From NCBI RefSeq assembly GCF_009914755.1, contig NC_060940.1: DNA of 64,000 nt; one strand, 5' to 3'. Positions 26,301 through 39,900 of the stretch are shown here, in pieces. The position numbers were made by a program, and so were the translations under genes. The notes beneath the pieces were generated by a model. That model worked only from the letters and a program-made list of their open reading frames with translations, made no database searches and was not told where the DNA came from. The DNA is from the human T2T-CHM13v2.0 reference genome, Homo sapiens. How positions within the stretch are numbered: the first letter of the stretch is position 1; the number at the start of each line of letters is the position of its first letter.

Positions 26301-29300
26301 CACAGAGTTCAACCTTCCTTTAGACAGAGCAGATTTGAAACACTCTTTTTGTGGAATTTGCAAGTGGAGATTTCAAGCGCTTCGATGCCAATGGTAGAAA
26401 AGGAAATATCTTCGTATAAAAACAAGACAAACTCGTTCCCAGACACTGCGTAGTGATGTGTGTGTTTAACTCACAGAGTTTAACCTTTCTTTTCATACAG
26501 CATTCTGGAAACCCTGTGTTTGTAAAGTCTGCAAGTGGATATTTGGACCTCTTAGATGCCTTCGTTGGAAACGGGATTTCTTCATATAATGCTAGAGGGA
26601 AGAATTCTTAGTAACTTCTTTGTGTTGTGTGTATTCAACTGACAGAGTTGAACCTTCCTTTAGACAGAGCAGATTTGAAAGTCTCTTTCTGTGGAATTTG
26701 CAAGTGGAGATTTCAAGCGCTTTGAGGCCAAAAGCAGAAAAGGAAATATTTTCCTATAAAAACTCGACAGAATCTTTCTCAGAAACTGCTCTGGGATGTG
26801 TGCGTTCAACTCACAGAGTTTAACTTTTCTTTTCATTCAGCAGTTTGGAAACACTCTGTTTGGAAAGTCTGCACGTGGATATTTTGACCTCTTTGAGGCC
26901 TTCGTTGGAAACGGGTTTTTTTCATGTAAGGCTAGACAGAAGAAATCTCAGTAACTTCCTTGTGTTGTGTGTATTCAACTGACAGAGTTGAACCTTCCTT
27001 TAGACAGAGCAGATTCGAAACACTCTTTTTCTGCAATTTGCAAGTGGAGACTTCAAGCGCTTTGAGGCCAAAGGCAGAAAAGGAAATATCTTCGTATAAA
27101 AACCCGACAGAATCATTCTCAGAAACTGCTCTGTGATGTGTGCGTTCAACTCACAGAGTTTAACTTTTCTTTTCATTCAGCAGTTTGGAAACACTCTGTT
27201 TGTAAAGTCTGCAAGTGGATATCTCGGCCTCTTAGAGGCCTTCGCTGGAAGCGGGTTTTTTCATGTAAGGATAGACAGAGGAATTCCCAGTAACTTCCTT
27301 GTGTTGTGTGCATTCAACTCACAGAGTTGAATGATTCTTTACACAGAGCACATTTGAGACACTCTTTTGGTGGAATTTGTAAGTGGAGAATTCAGCCGCT
27401 TTGAGGTCAACGATAGAAAAGCAAATATCTTCGTATAAAAACTAGACAGAATGATTCTCAGAAACTGTTTTGTGATGTGTGCGTTCAACTCACAGAGTTT
27501 AACCTTTCTTTTCAAAGAGCAGTTAGGAAACACTCTGTTTGTAAAGTCTGCAAGTGGATATTCAGACCTCTTTGAGGCCTTCGTTGGAAACGGGATTTCT
27601 TCATATTATGCTAGACAGATGAATTCTCAGTAACTTCCTTGTGTTGTGTGTATTCAACTCACAGAGTTGAACGATCCTTTACACAGAGCAGATTTGAAAC
27701 ACTGTTTTTCTGGAATTTGCAAGTGGAGATTTCAGCCGCTTTGAGGTCAATGGTAGAAAAGGAAATATCTTCGTATAAAAACTAGACAGAATGATTCTCA
27801 GAAACTCCTTTGTGATGTGTGCGTTCAACTCACAGAGTTTAACCTTTCTTTTCACAGAGCAGTTAGGAAACACTCTGTTTGTGAAGCCTGCCAGTGGATA
27901 TTCGGACCTCTTTGAGGCCTTCGTTGGAAACGGGATTTCTTCATATTATGCTAGACAGAAGATTTCTCAGTAACTTCTTTGTGTTGTGTGTATGCAACTC
28001 ACAGAGTTCAACCTTCCTTTAGACAGAGCAGATTTGAAACACTCTTTTTGTGGAATTTGCAAGTGGAGATTTCAAGCGCTTCGATGCCAATGGTAGAAAA
28101 GGAAATATCTTCGTATAAAAACAAGACAAACTCGTTCCCAGACACTGCGTAGTGATGTGTGTGTTTAACTCACAGAGTTTAACCTTTCTTTTCATACAGC
28201 ATTCTGGAAACCCTGTGTTTGTAAAGTCTGCAAGTGGATATTTGGACCTCTTAGATGCCTTCGTTGGAAACGGGATTTCTTCATATAATGCTAGAGGGAA
28301 GAATTCTTAGTAACTTCTTTGTGTTGTGTGTATTCAACTGACAGAGTTGAACCTTCCTTTAGACAGAGCAGATTTGAAAGTCTCTTTCTGTGGAATTTGC
28401 AAGTGGAGATTTCAAGCGCTTTGAGGCCAAAAGCAGAAAAGGAAATATTTTCCTATAAAAACTCGACAGAATCTTTCTCAGAAACTGCTCTGGGATGTGT
28501 GCGTTCAACTCACAGAGTTTAACTTTTCTTTTCATTCAGCAGTTTGGAAACACTCTGTTTGGAAAGTCTGCACGTGGATATTTTGACCTCTTTGAGGCCT
28601 TCGTTGGAAACGGGTTTTTTTCATGTAAGGCTAGACAGAAGAAATCTCAGTAACTTCCTTGTGTTGTGTGTATTCAACTGACAGAGTTGAACCTTCCTTT
28701 AGACAGAGCAGATTCGAAACACTCTTTTTCTGCAATTTGCAAGTGGAGACTTCAAGCGCTTTGAGGCCAAAGGCAGAAAAGGAAATATCTTCGTATAAAA
28801 ACCCGACAGAATCATTCTCAGAAACTGCTCTGTGATGTGTGCGTTCAACTCACAGAGTTTAACTTTTCTTTTCATTCAGCAATTTGGAAACACTCTGTTT
28901 GTAAAGTCTGCAAGTGGATATCTTGGCCTCTTAGAGGCCTTCGTTGGAAACGGGTTTTTTCATGTAAGGTTAGACAGAGGAATTCCCACTAACTTCCTTG
29001 TGTTGTGTGCATTCAACTCACGGAGTTGAATGATTCTTTACACAGAGCAGATTTGAGACACTCTTTTGGTGGAATTTGTAAGTGGAGAATTCAGCCGCTT
29101 TGAGGTCAACGGTAGAAAAGGAAATATCTTCGTATAAAAACTAGACAGAATGATTCTCAGAAACTGTTTTGTGATGTGTGCGTTCAACTCACAGAGTTTA
29201 ACCTTTCTTTTCAAAGAGCAGTTAGGAAACACTCTGTTTGTAAAGTCTGCAAGTGGATATTCAGACCTCTTTGAGGCCTTCGTTGGAAACGGGATTTCTT

Positions 29301-32300
29301 CATATTATGCTAGACAGATGAATTCTCAGTAACTTCCTTGTGTTGTGTGTATTCAACTCACAGAGTTGAACGATCCTTTACACAGAGCAGATTTGAAACA
29401 CTGTTTTTCTGGAATTTGCAAGTGGAGATTTCAGCCGCTTTGAGGTCAATGGTAGAAAAGGAAATATCTTCGTATAAAAACTAGACAGAATGATTCTCAG
29501 AAACTCCTTTGTGATGTGTGCGTTCAACTCACAGAGTTTAACCTTTCTTTTCACAGAGCAGTTAGGAAACACTCTGTTTGTGAAGCCTGCCAGTGGATAT
29601 TCGGACCTCTTTGAGGCCTTCGTTGGAAACGGGATTTCTTCATATTATGCTAGACAGAAGATTTCTCAGTAACTTCTTTGGGTTGTGTGTATGCAACTCA
29701 CAGAGTTCAACCTTCCTTTAGACAGAGCAGATTTGAAACACTCTTTTTGTGGAATTTGCAAGTGGAGATTTCAAGCGCTTCGATGCCAATGGTAGAAAAG
29801 GAAATATCTTCGTATAAAAACAAGACAAACTCGTTCCCAGACACTGCGTAGTGATGTGTGTGTTTAACTCACAGAGTTTAACCTTTCTTTTCATACAGCA
29901 TTCTGGAAACCCTGTGTTTGTAAAGTCTGCAAGTGGATATTTGGACCTCTTAGATGCCTTCGTTGGAAACGGGATTTCTTCATATAATGCTAGAGGGAAG
30001 AATTCTTAGTAACTTCTTTGTGTTGTGTGTATTCAACTGACAGAGTTGAACCTTCCTTTAGACAGAGCAGATTTGAAAGTCTCTTTTTGTGGAATTTGCA
30101 AGTGGAGATTTCAAGCGCTTTGAGGCCAAAAGCAGAAAAGGAAATATTTTCCTATAAAAACTAGACAGAATCTTTCTCAGAAACTGCTCTGGGATGTGTG
30201 CGTTCAACTCACAGAGTTTAACTTTTCTTTTCATTCAGCAGTTTGGAAACACTCTGTTTGGAAAGTCTGCACGTGGATATTTTGACCTCTTTGAGGCCTT
30301 CGTTGGAAACGGGTTTTTTTCATGTAAGGCTAGACAGAAGAAATCTCAGTAACTTCCTTGTGTTGTGTGTATTCAACTGACAGAGTTGAACCTTCCTTTA
30401 GACAGAGCAGATTCGAAACACTCTTTTTCTGCAATTTGCAAGTGGAGACTTCAAGCGCTTTGAGGCCAAAGGCAGAAAAGGAAATATCTTCGTATAAAAA
30501 CCCGACAGAATCATTCTCAGAAACTGCTCTGTGATGTGTGCGTTCAACTCACAGAGTTTAACTTTTCTTTTCATTCAGCAGTTTGGAAACACTCTGTTTG
30601 TAAAGTCTGCAAGTGGATATCTTGGCCTCTTAGAGGCCTTCGTTGGAAGCGGGTTTTTTCATGTAAGGATAGACAGAGGAATTCCCAGTAACTTCCTTGT
30701 GTTGTGTGCATTCAACTCACAGAGTTGAATGATTCTTTACACAGAGCAGATTTGAGACACTCTTTTGGTGGAATTTGTAAGTGGAGAATTCAGCCGCTTT
30801 GAGGTCAACGGTAGAAAAGGAAATATCTTCGTATAAAAACTAGACAGAATGATTCTCAGAAACTGTTTTGTGATGTGTGCGTTCAACTCACAGAGTTTAA
30901 CCTTTCTTTTCAAAGAGCAGTTAGGAAACACTCTGTTTGTAAAGTCTGCAAGTGGATATTCAGACCTCTTTGAGGCCTTCGTTGGAAACGGGATTTCTTC
31001 ATATTATGCTAGACAGATGAATTCTCAGTAACTTCCTTGTGTTGTGTGTATTCAACTCACAGAGTTGAACGATCCTTTACACAGAGCAGATTTGAAACAC
31101 TGTTTTTCTGGAATTTGCAAGTGGAGATTTCAGCCGCTTTGAGGTCAATGGTAGAAAAGGAAATATCTTCGTATAAAAACTAGACAGAATGATTCTCAGA
31201 AACTCCTTTGTGATGTGTGCGTTCAACTCACAGAGTTTAACCTTTCTTTTCACAGAGCAGTTAGGAAACACTCTGTTTGTGAAGCCTGCCAGTGGATATT
31301 CGGACCTCTTTGAGGCCTTCGTTGGAAACGGGATTTCTTCATATTATGCTAGACAGAAGATTTCTCAGTAACTTCTTTGTGTTGTGTGTATGCAACTCAC
31401 AGAGTTCAACCTTCCTTTAGACAGAGCAGATTTGAAACACTCTTTTTGTGGAATTTGCAAGTGGAGATTTCAAGCGCTTCGATGCCAATGGTAGAAAAGG
31501 AAATATCTTCGTATAAAAACAAGACAAACTCGTTCCCAGACACTGCGTAGTGATGTGTGTGTTTAACTCACAGAGTTTAACCTTTCTTTTCATACAGCAT
31601 TCTGGAAACCCTGTGTTTGTAAAGTCTGCAAGTGGATATTTGGACCTCTTAGATGCCTTCGTTGGAAACGGGATTTCTTCATATAATGCTAGAGGGAAGA
31701 ATTCTTAGTAACTTCTTTGTGTTGTGTGTATTCAACTGACAGAGTTGAACCTTCCTTTAGACAGAGCAGATTTGAAAGTCTCTTTTTGTGGAATTTGCAA
31801 GTGGAGATTTCAAGCGCTTTGAGGCCAAAAGCAGAAAAGGAAATATTTTCCTATAAAAACTAGACAGAATCTTTCTCAGAAACTGCTCTGGGATGTGTGC
31901 GTTCAACTCACAGAGTTTAACTTTTCTTTTCATTCAGCAGTTTGGAAACACTCTGTTTGGAAAGTCTGCACGTGGATATTTTGACCTCTTTGAGGCCTTC
32001 GTTGGAAACGGGTTTTTTTCATGTAAGGCTAGACAGAAGAAATCTCAGTAACTTCCTTGTGTTGTGTGTATTCAACTGACAGAGTTGAACCTTCCTTTAG
32101 ACAGAGCAGATTCGAAACACTCTTTTTCTGCAATTTGCAAGTGGAGACTTCAAGCGCTTTGAGGCCAAAGGCAGAAAAGGAAATATCTTCGTATAAAAAC
32201 CCGACAGAATCATTCTCAGAAACTGCTCTGTGATGTGTGCGTTCAACTCACAGAGTTTAACTTTTCTTTTCATTCAGCAGTTTGGAAACACTCTGTTTGT

Positions 32301-35300
32301 AAAGTCTGCAAGTGGATATCTTGGCCTCTTAGTGGCCTTCGTTGGAAACGGGTTTTATCATGTAAGGTTAGACAGAGGAATTCCCACTAACTTCCTTGTG
32401 TTGTGTGCATTCAACTCACAGAGTTGAATGATTCTTTACACAGAGCAGATTTGAGACACTCTTTTGGTGGAATTTGTAAGTGGAGAATTCAGCCGCTTTG
32501 ATGTCAACGGTAGAAAAGGAAAGATCTTCCTATAAAAACTAGACAGAATGATTCTCAGAAACTGTTTTGTGATGTGTGCTTTCAACTCACAGAGTTTAAC
32601 CTTTCTTTTCAAAGAGCAGTTAGGAAACACTCTGTTTGTAAAGTCTGCAAGTGGATATTCAGACCTCTTTGAGGCCTTCGTTGGAAACGGGATTTCTTCA
32701 TATTATGCTAGACAGATGAATTCTCAGTAACTTCCTTGTGTTGTGTGTATTCAACTCACAGAGTTGAACGATCCTTTACACAGAGCAGATTTGAAACACT
32801 GTTTTTCTGGAATTTGCAAGTGGAGATTTCAGCCGCTTTGAGGTCAATGGTAGAAAAGGAAATATCTTCGTATAAAAACTAGACAGAATGATTCTCAGAA
32901 ACTCCTTTGTGATGTGTGCGTTCAACTCACAGAGTTTAACCTTTCTTTTCACAGAGCAGTTAGGAAACACTCTGTTTGTGAAGCCTGCCAGTGGATATTC
33001 GGACCTCTTTGAGGCCTTCGTTGGAAACGGGATTTCTTCATATTATGCTAGACAGAAGATTTCTCAGTAACTTCTTTGTGTTGTGTGTATGCAACTCACA
33101 GAGTTCAACCTTCCTTTAGACAGAGCAGATTTGAAACACTCTTTTTGTGGAATTTGCAAGTGGAGATTTCAAGCGCTTCGATGCCAATGGTAGAAAAGGA
33201 AATATCTTCGTATAAAAACAAGACAAACTCGTTCCCAGACACTGCGTAGTGATGTGTGTGTTTAACTCACAGAGTTTAACCTTTCTTTTCATACAGCATT
33301 CTGGAAACCCTGTGTTTGTAAAGTCTGCAAGTGGATATTTGGACCTCTTAGATGCCTTCGTTGGAAACGGGATTTCTTCATATAATGCTAGAGGGAAGAA
33401 TTCTTAGTAACTTCTTTGTGTTGTGTGTATTCAACTGACAGAGTTGAACCTTCCTTTAGACAGAGCAGATTTGAAAGTCTCTTTCTGTGGAATTTGCAAG
33501 TGGAGATTTCAAGCGCTTTGAGGCCAAAAGCAGAAAAGGAAATATTTTCCTATAAAAACTCGACAGAATCTTTCTCAGAAACTGCTCTGGGATGTGTGCG
33601 TTCAACTCACAGAGTTTAACTTTTCTTTTCATTCAGCAGTTTGGAAACACTCTGTTTGGAAAGTCTGCACGTGGATATTTTGACCTCTTTGAGGCCTTCG
33701 TTGGAAACGGGTTTTTTTCATGTAAGGCTAGACAGAAGAAATCTCAGTAACTTCCTTGTGTTGTGTGTATTCAACTGACAGAGTTGAACCTTCCTTTAGA
33801 CAGAGCAGATTCGAAACACTCTTTTTCTGCAATTTGCAAGTGGAGACTTCAAGCGCTTTGAGGCCAAAGGCAGAAAAGGAAATATCTTCGTATAAAAACC
33901 CGACAGAATCATTCTCAGAAACTGCTCTGTGATGTGTGCGTTCAACTCACAGAGTTTAACTTTTCTTTTCATTCAGCAGTTTGGAAACACTCTGTTTGTA
34001 AAGTCTGCAAGTGGATATCTCGGCCTCTTAGAGGCCTTCGCTGGAAGCGAGTTTTTTCATGTAAGGATAGACAGAGGAATTCCCAGTAACTTCCTTGTGT
34101 TGTGTGCATTCAACTCACAGAGTTGAATGATTCTTTACACAGAGCACATTTGAGACACTCTTTTGGTGGAATTTGTAAGTGGAGAATTCAGCCGCTTTGA
34201 GGTCAACGATAGAAAAGCAAATATCTTCGTATAAAAACTAGACAGAATGATTCTCAGAAACTGTTTTGTGATGTGTGCGTTCAACTCACAGAGTTTAACC
34301 TTTCTTTTCAAAGAGCAGTTAGGAAACACTCTGTTTGTAAAGTCTGCAAGTGGATATTCAGACCTCTTTGAGGCCTTCGTTGGAAACGGGATTTCTTCAT
34401 ATTATGCTAGACAGATGAATTCTCAGTATCTTCCTTGTGTTGTGTGTATTCAACTCACAGAGTTAAACGATCCTTTACACAGAGCAGATTTGAAACACTG
34501 TTTTTCTGGAATTTGCAAGTGGAGATTTCAGCCCCTTTGAGGTCAATGGTAGAAAAGGAAATATCTTCGTATAAAAACTAGACAGAATGATTCTCAGAAA
34601 CTCCTTTGTGATGTGTGCGTTCAACTCACAGAGTTTAACCTTTCTTTTCACAGAGCAGTTAGGAAACACTCTGTTTGTGAAGCCTGCCAGTGGATATTCG
34701 GACCTCTTTGAGGCCTTCGTTGGAAACGGGATTTCTTCATATTATGCTAGACAGAAGATTTCTCAGTAACTTCTTTGGGTTGTGTGTATGCAACTCACAG
34801 AGTTCAACCTTCCTTTAGACAGAGCAGATTTGAAACACTCTTTTTGTGGAATTTGCAAGTGGAGATTTCAAGCGCTTCGATGCCAATGGTAGAAAAGGAA
34901 ATATCTTCGTATAAAAACAAGACAAACTCGTTCCCAGACACTGCGTAGTGATGTGTGTGTTTAACTCACAGAGTTTAACCTTTCTTTTCATACAGCATTC
35001 TGGAAACCCTGTGTTTGTAAAGTCTGCAAGTGGATATTTGGACCTCTTAGATGCCTTCGTTGGAAACGGGATTTCTTCATATAATGCTAGAGGGAAGAAT
35101 TCTTAGTAACTTCTTTGTGTTGTGTGTATTCAACTGACAGAGTTGAACCTTCCTTTAGACAGAGCAGATTTGAAAGTCTCTTTTTGTGGAATTTGCAAGT
35201 GGAGATTTCAAGCGCTTTGAGGCCAAAAGCAGAAAAGGAAATATTTTCCTATAAAAACTCGACAGAATCTTTCTCAGAAACTGCTCTGGGACGTGTGCGT

Positions 35301-35608
35301 TCAACTCACAGAGTTTAACTTTTCTTTTCATTCAGCAGTTTGGAAACACTCTGTTTGGAAAGTCTGCAGGTGGATATTTTGACCTCTTTGAGGCCTTCGT
35401 TGGAAACGGGTTTTTTTCATGTAAGGCTAGACAGAAGAAATCTCAGTAACTTCCTTGTGTTGTGTGTATTCAACTGACAGAGTTGAACCTTCCTTTAGAC
35501 AGAGCAGATTCGAAACACTCTTTTTCTGCAATTTGCAAGTGGAGACTTCAAGCGCTTTGAGGCCAAAGGCAGAAAAGGAAATATCTTCGTATAAAAACCC
35601 GACAGAAT
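20318..35608 (+). repeat. Nine consecutive canonical 10-mers (U14-U22)
   Basis: Spacing 1699 bp x9. Confidence 0.95.
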
Positions 35609-36966
35609 CATTCTCAGAAACTGCTCTGTGATGTGTGCGTTCAACTCACAGAGTTTAACTTTTCTTTTCATTCAGCAGTTTGGAAACACTCTGTTTGTAA
35701 AGTCTGCAAGTGGATATCTTGGCCTCTTAGAGGCCTTCGTTGGAAACGGGTTTTTTCATGTAAGGTTAGACAGAGGAATTCCCAGTAACTTCCTTGTGTT
35801 GTGTGCATTCAACTCACAGAGTTGAATGATTCTTTACACAGAGCAGATTTGAGACACTCTTTTGGTGGAATTTGTAAGTGGAGAATTCAGCCGCTTTGAG
35901 GTCAACGGTAGAAAAGGAAATATCTTCGTATAAAAACTAGACAGAATGATTCTCAGAAACTCCTTTGTGATGTGTGCGTTCAACTCACAGAGTTTAACCT
36001 TTCTTTTCACAGAGCAGTTAGGAAACACTCTGTTTGTGAAGCCTGCCAGTGGATATTCGGACCTCTTTGAGGCCTTCGTTGGAAACGGGATTTCTTCATA
36101 TTATGCTAGACAGAAGATTTCTCAGTAACTTCTTTGTGTTGTGTGTATGCAACTCACAGAGTTCAACCTTCCTTTAGACAGAGCAGATTTGAAACACTCT
36201 TTTTGTGGAATTTGCAAGTGGAGATTTCAAGCGCTTCGATGCCAATGGTAGAAAAGGAAATATCTTCGTATAAAAACAAGACAAACTCGTTCCCAGACAC
36301 TGCGTAGTGATGTGTGTGTTTAACTCACAGAGTTTAACCTTTCTTTTCATACAGCATTCTGGAAACCCTGTGTTTGTAAAGTCTGCAAGTGGATATTTGG
36401 ACCTCTTAGATGCCTTCGTTGGAAACGGGATTTCTTCATATAATGCTAGAGGGAAGAATTCTTAGTAACTTCTTTGTGTTGTGTGTATTCAACTGACAGA
36501 GTTAAACCTTCTTTAGACAGAGCAGATTTGAAAGTCTCTTTCTGTGGAATTTGCAAGTGGAGATTTCAAGCGCTTTGAGGCCAAAAGCAGAAAAGGAAAT
36601 ATTTTCCTATAAAAACTCGACAGAATCTTTCTCAGAAACTGCTCTGGGATGTGTGCGTTCAACTCACAGAGTTTAACTTTTCTTTTCATTCAGCAGTTTG
36701 GAAACACTCTGTTTGGAAAGTCTGCACGTGGATATTTTGACCTCTTTGAGGCCTTCGTTGGAAACGGGTTTTTTTCATGTAAGGCTAGACAGAAGAAATC
36801 TCAGTAACTTCCTTGTGTTGTGTGTATTCAACTGACAGAGTTGAACCTTCCTTTAGACAGAGCAGATTCGAAACACTCTTTTTCTGCAATTTGCAAGTGG
36901 AGACTTCAAGCGCTTTGAGGCCAAAGGCAGAAAAGGAAATATCTTCGTATAAAAACCCGACAGAAT
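35609..36966 (+). repeat. 8-mer class X with 1-bp deletion (1358 bp)
   Basis: m2-m5 junction; gttaaaccttctttag at 36501-36516 versus usual gttgaaccttcctttag. Confidence 0.93.
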
Positions 36967-39900
36967 CATTCTCAGAAACTGCTCTGTGATGTGTGCGTTC
37001 AACTCACAGAGTTTAACTTTTCTTTTCATTCAGCAGTTTGGAAACACTCTGTTTGTAAAGTCTGCAAGTGGATATCTTGGCCTCTTAGAGGCCTTCGTTG
37101 GAAACGGGTTTTTTCATGTAAGGATAGACAGAGGAATTCCCAGTAACTTCCTTGTGTTGTGTGCATTCAACTCACAGAGTTGAATGATTCTTTACACAGA
37201 GCAGATTTGAGACACTCTTTTGGTGGAATTTGTAAGTGGAGAATTCAGCCGCTTTGAGGTCAACGGTAGAAAAGGAAATATCTTCGTATAAAAACTAGGC
37301 AGAATGATTCTCAGAAACTGTTTTGTGATGTGTGCGTTCAACTCACAGAGTTTAACCTTTCTTTTCAAAGAGCAGTTAGGAAACACTCTGTTTGTAAAGT
37401 CTGCAAGTGGATATTCAGACCTCTTTGAGGCCTTCGTTGGAAACGGGATTTCTTCATATTATGCTAGACAGATGAATTCTCAGTAACTTCCTTGTGTTGT
37501 GTGTATTCAACTCACAGAGTTGAACGATCCTTTACACAGAGCAGATTTGAAACACTGTTTTTCTGGAATTTGCAAGTGGAGATTTCAGCCGCTTTGAGGT
37601 CAATGGTAGAAAAGGAAATATCTTCGTATAAAAACTAGACAGAATGATTCTCAGAAACTCCTTTGTGATGTGTGCGTTCAACTCACAGAGTTTAACCTTT
37701 CTTTTCACAGAGCAGTTAGGAAACACTCTGTTTGTGAAGCCTGCCAGTGGATATTCGGACCTCTTTGAGGCCTTCGTTGGAAACGGGATTTCTTCATATT
37801 ATGCTAGACAGAAGATTTCTCAGTAACTTCTTTGTGTTGTGTGTATGCAACTCACAGAGTTCAACCTTCCTTTAGACAGAGCAGATTTGAAACACTCTTT
37901 TTGTGGAATTTGCAAGTGGAGATTTCAAGCGCTTCGATGCCAATGGTAGAAAAGGAAATATCTTCGTATAAAAACAAGAGAAACTCGTTCCCAGACACTG
38001 CGTAGTGATGTGTGTGTTTAACTCACAGAGTTTAACCTTTCTTTTCATACAGCATTCTGGAAACCCTGTGTTTGTAAAGTCTGCAAGTGGATATTTGGAC
38101 CTCTTAGATGCCTTCGTTGGAAACGGGATTTCTTCATATAATGCTAGAGGGAAGAATTCTTAGTAACTTCTTTGTGTTGTGTGTATTCAACTGACAGAGT
38201 TGAACCTTCCTTTAGACAGAGCAGATTTGAAAGTCTCTTTTTGTGGAATTTGCAAGTGGAGATTTCAAGCGCTTTGAGGCCAAAAGCAGAAAAGGAAATA
38301 TTTTCCTATAAAAACTAGACAGAATCTTTCTCAGAAACTGCTCTGGGATGTGTGCGTTCAACTCACAGAGTTTAACTTTTCTTTTCATTCAGCAGTTTGG
38401 AAACACTCTGTTTGGAAAGTCTGCACGTGGATATTTTGACCTCTTTGAGGCCTTCGTTGGAAACGGGTTTTTTTCATGTAAGGCTAGACAGAAGAAATCT
38501 CAGTAACTTCCTTGTGTTGTGTGTATTCAACTGACAGAGTTGAACCTTCCTTTAGACAGAGCAGATTCGAAACACTCTTTTTCTGCAATTTGCAAGTGGA
38601 GACTTCAAGCGCTTTGAGGCCAAAGGCAGAAAAGGAAATATCTTCGTATAAAAACCCGACAGAATCATTCTCAGAAACTGCTCTGTGATGTGTGCGTTCA
38701 ACTCACAGAGTTTAACTTTTCTTTTCATTCAGCAGTTTGGAAACACTCTGTTTGTAAAGTCTGCAAGTGGATATCTTGGCCTCTTAGAGGCCTTCGTTGG
38801 AAACGGGTTTTTTCATGTAAGGTTAGACAGAGGAATTCCCACTAACTTCCTTGTGTTGTGTGCATTCAACTCACGGAGTTGAATGATTCTTTACACAGAG
38901 CAGATTTGAGACACTCTTTTGGTGGAATTTGTAAGTGGAGAATTCAGCCGCTTTGAGGTCAACGGTAGAAAAGGAAATATCTTCGTATAAAAACTAGACA
39001 GAATGATTCTCAGAAACTGTTTTGTGATGTGTGCGTTCAACTCACAGAGTTTAACCTTTCTTTTCAAAGAGCAGTTAGGAAACACTCTGTTTGTAAAGTC
39101 TGCAAGTGGATATTCAGACCTCTTTGAGGCCTTCGTTGGAAACGGGATTTCTTCATATTATGCTAGACAGATGAATTCTCAGTAACTTCCTTGTGTTGTG
39201 TGTATTCAACTCACAGAGTTGAACGATCCTTTACACAGAGCAGATTTGAAACACTGTTTTTCTGGAATTTGCAAGTGGAGATTTCAGCCGCTTTGAGGTC
39301 AATGGTAGAAAAGGAAATATCTTCGTATAAAAACTAGACAGAATGATTCTCAGAAACTCCTTTGTGATGTGTGCGTTCAACTCACAGAGTTTAACCTTTC
39401 TTTTCACAGAGCAGTTAGGAAACACTCTGTTTGTGAAGCCTGCCAGTGGATATTCGGACCTCTTTGAGGCCTTCGTTGGAAACGGGATTTCTTCATATTA
39501 TGCTAGACAGAAGATTTCTCAGTAACTTCTTTGGGTTGTGTGTATGCAACTCACAGAGTTCAACCTTCCTTTAGACAGAGCAGATTTGAAACACTCTTTT
39601 TGTGGAATTTGCAAGTGGAGATTTCAAGCGCTTCGATGCCAATGGTAGAAAAGGAAATATCTTCGTATAAAAACAAGACAAACTCGTTCCCAGACACTGC
39701 GTAGTGATGTGTGTGTTTAACTCACAGAGTTTAACCTTTCTTTTCATACAGCATTCTGGAAACCCTGTGTTTGTAAAGTCTGCAAGTGGATATTTGGACC
39801 TCTTAGATGCCTTCGTTGGAAACGGGATTTCTTCATATAATGCTAGAGGGAAGAATTCTTAGTAACTTCTTTGTGTTGTGTGTATTCAACTGACAGAGTT

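Noticed and set aside
34247-34540. Longer 97-aa ORF, and the one-off ORFs at 2905 and 55571
   Set aside because: Each is created by a single private substitution or indel that removes a stop codon (e.g. taa>tat near 34429).
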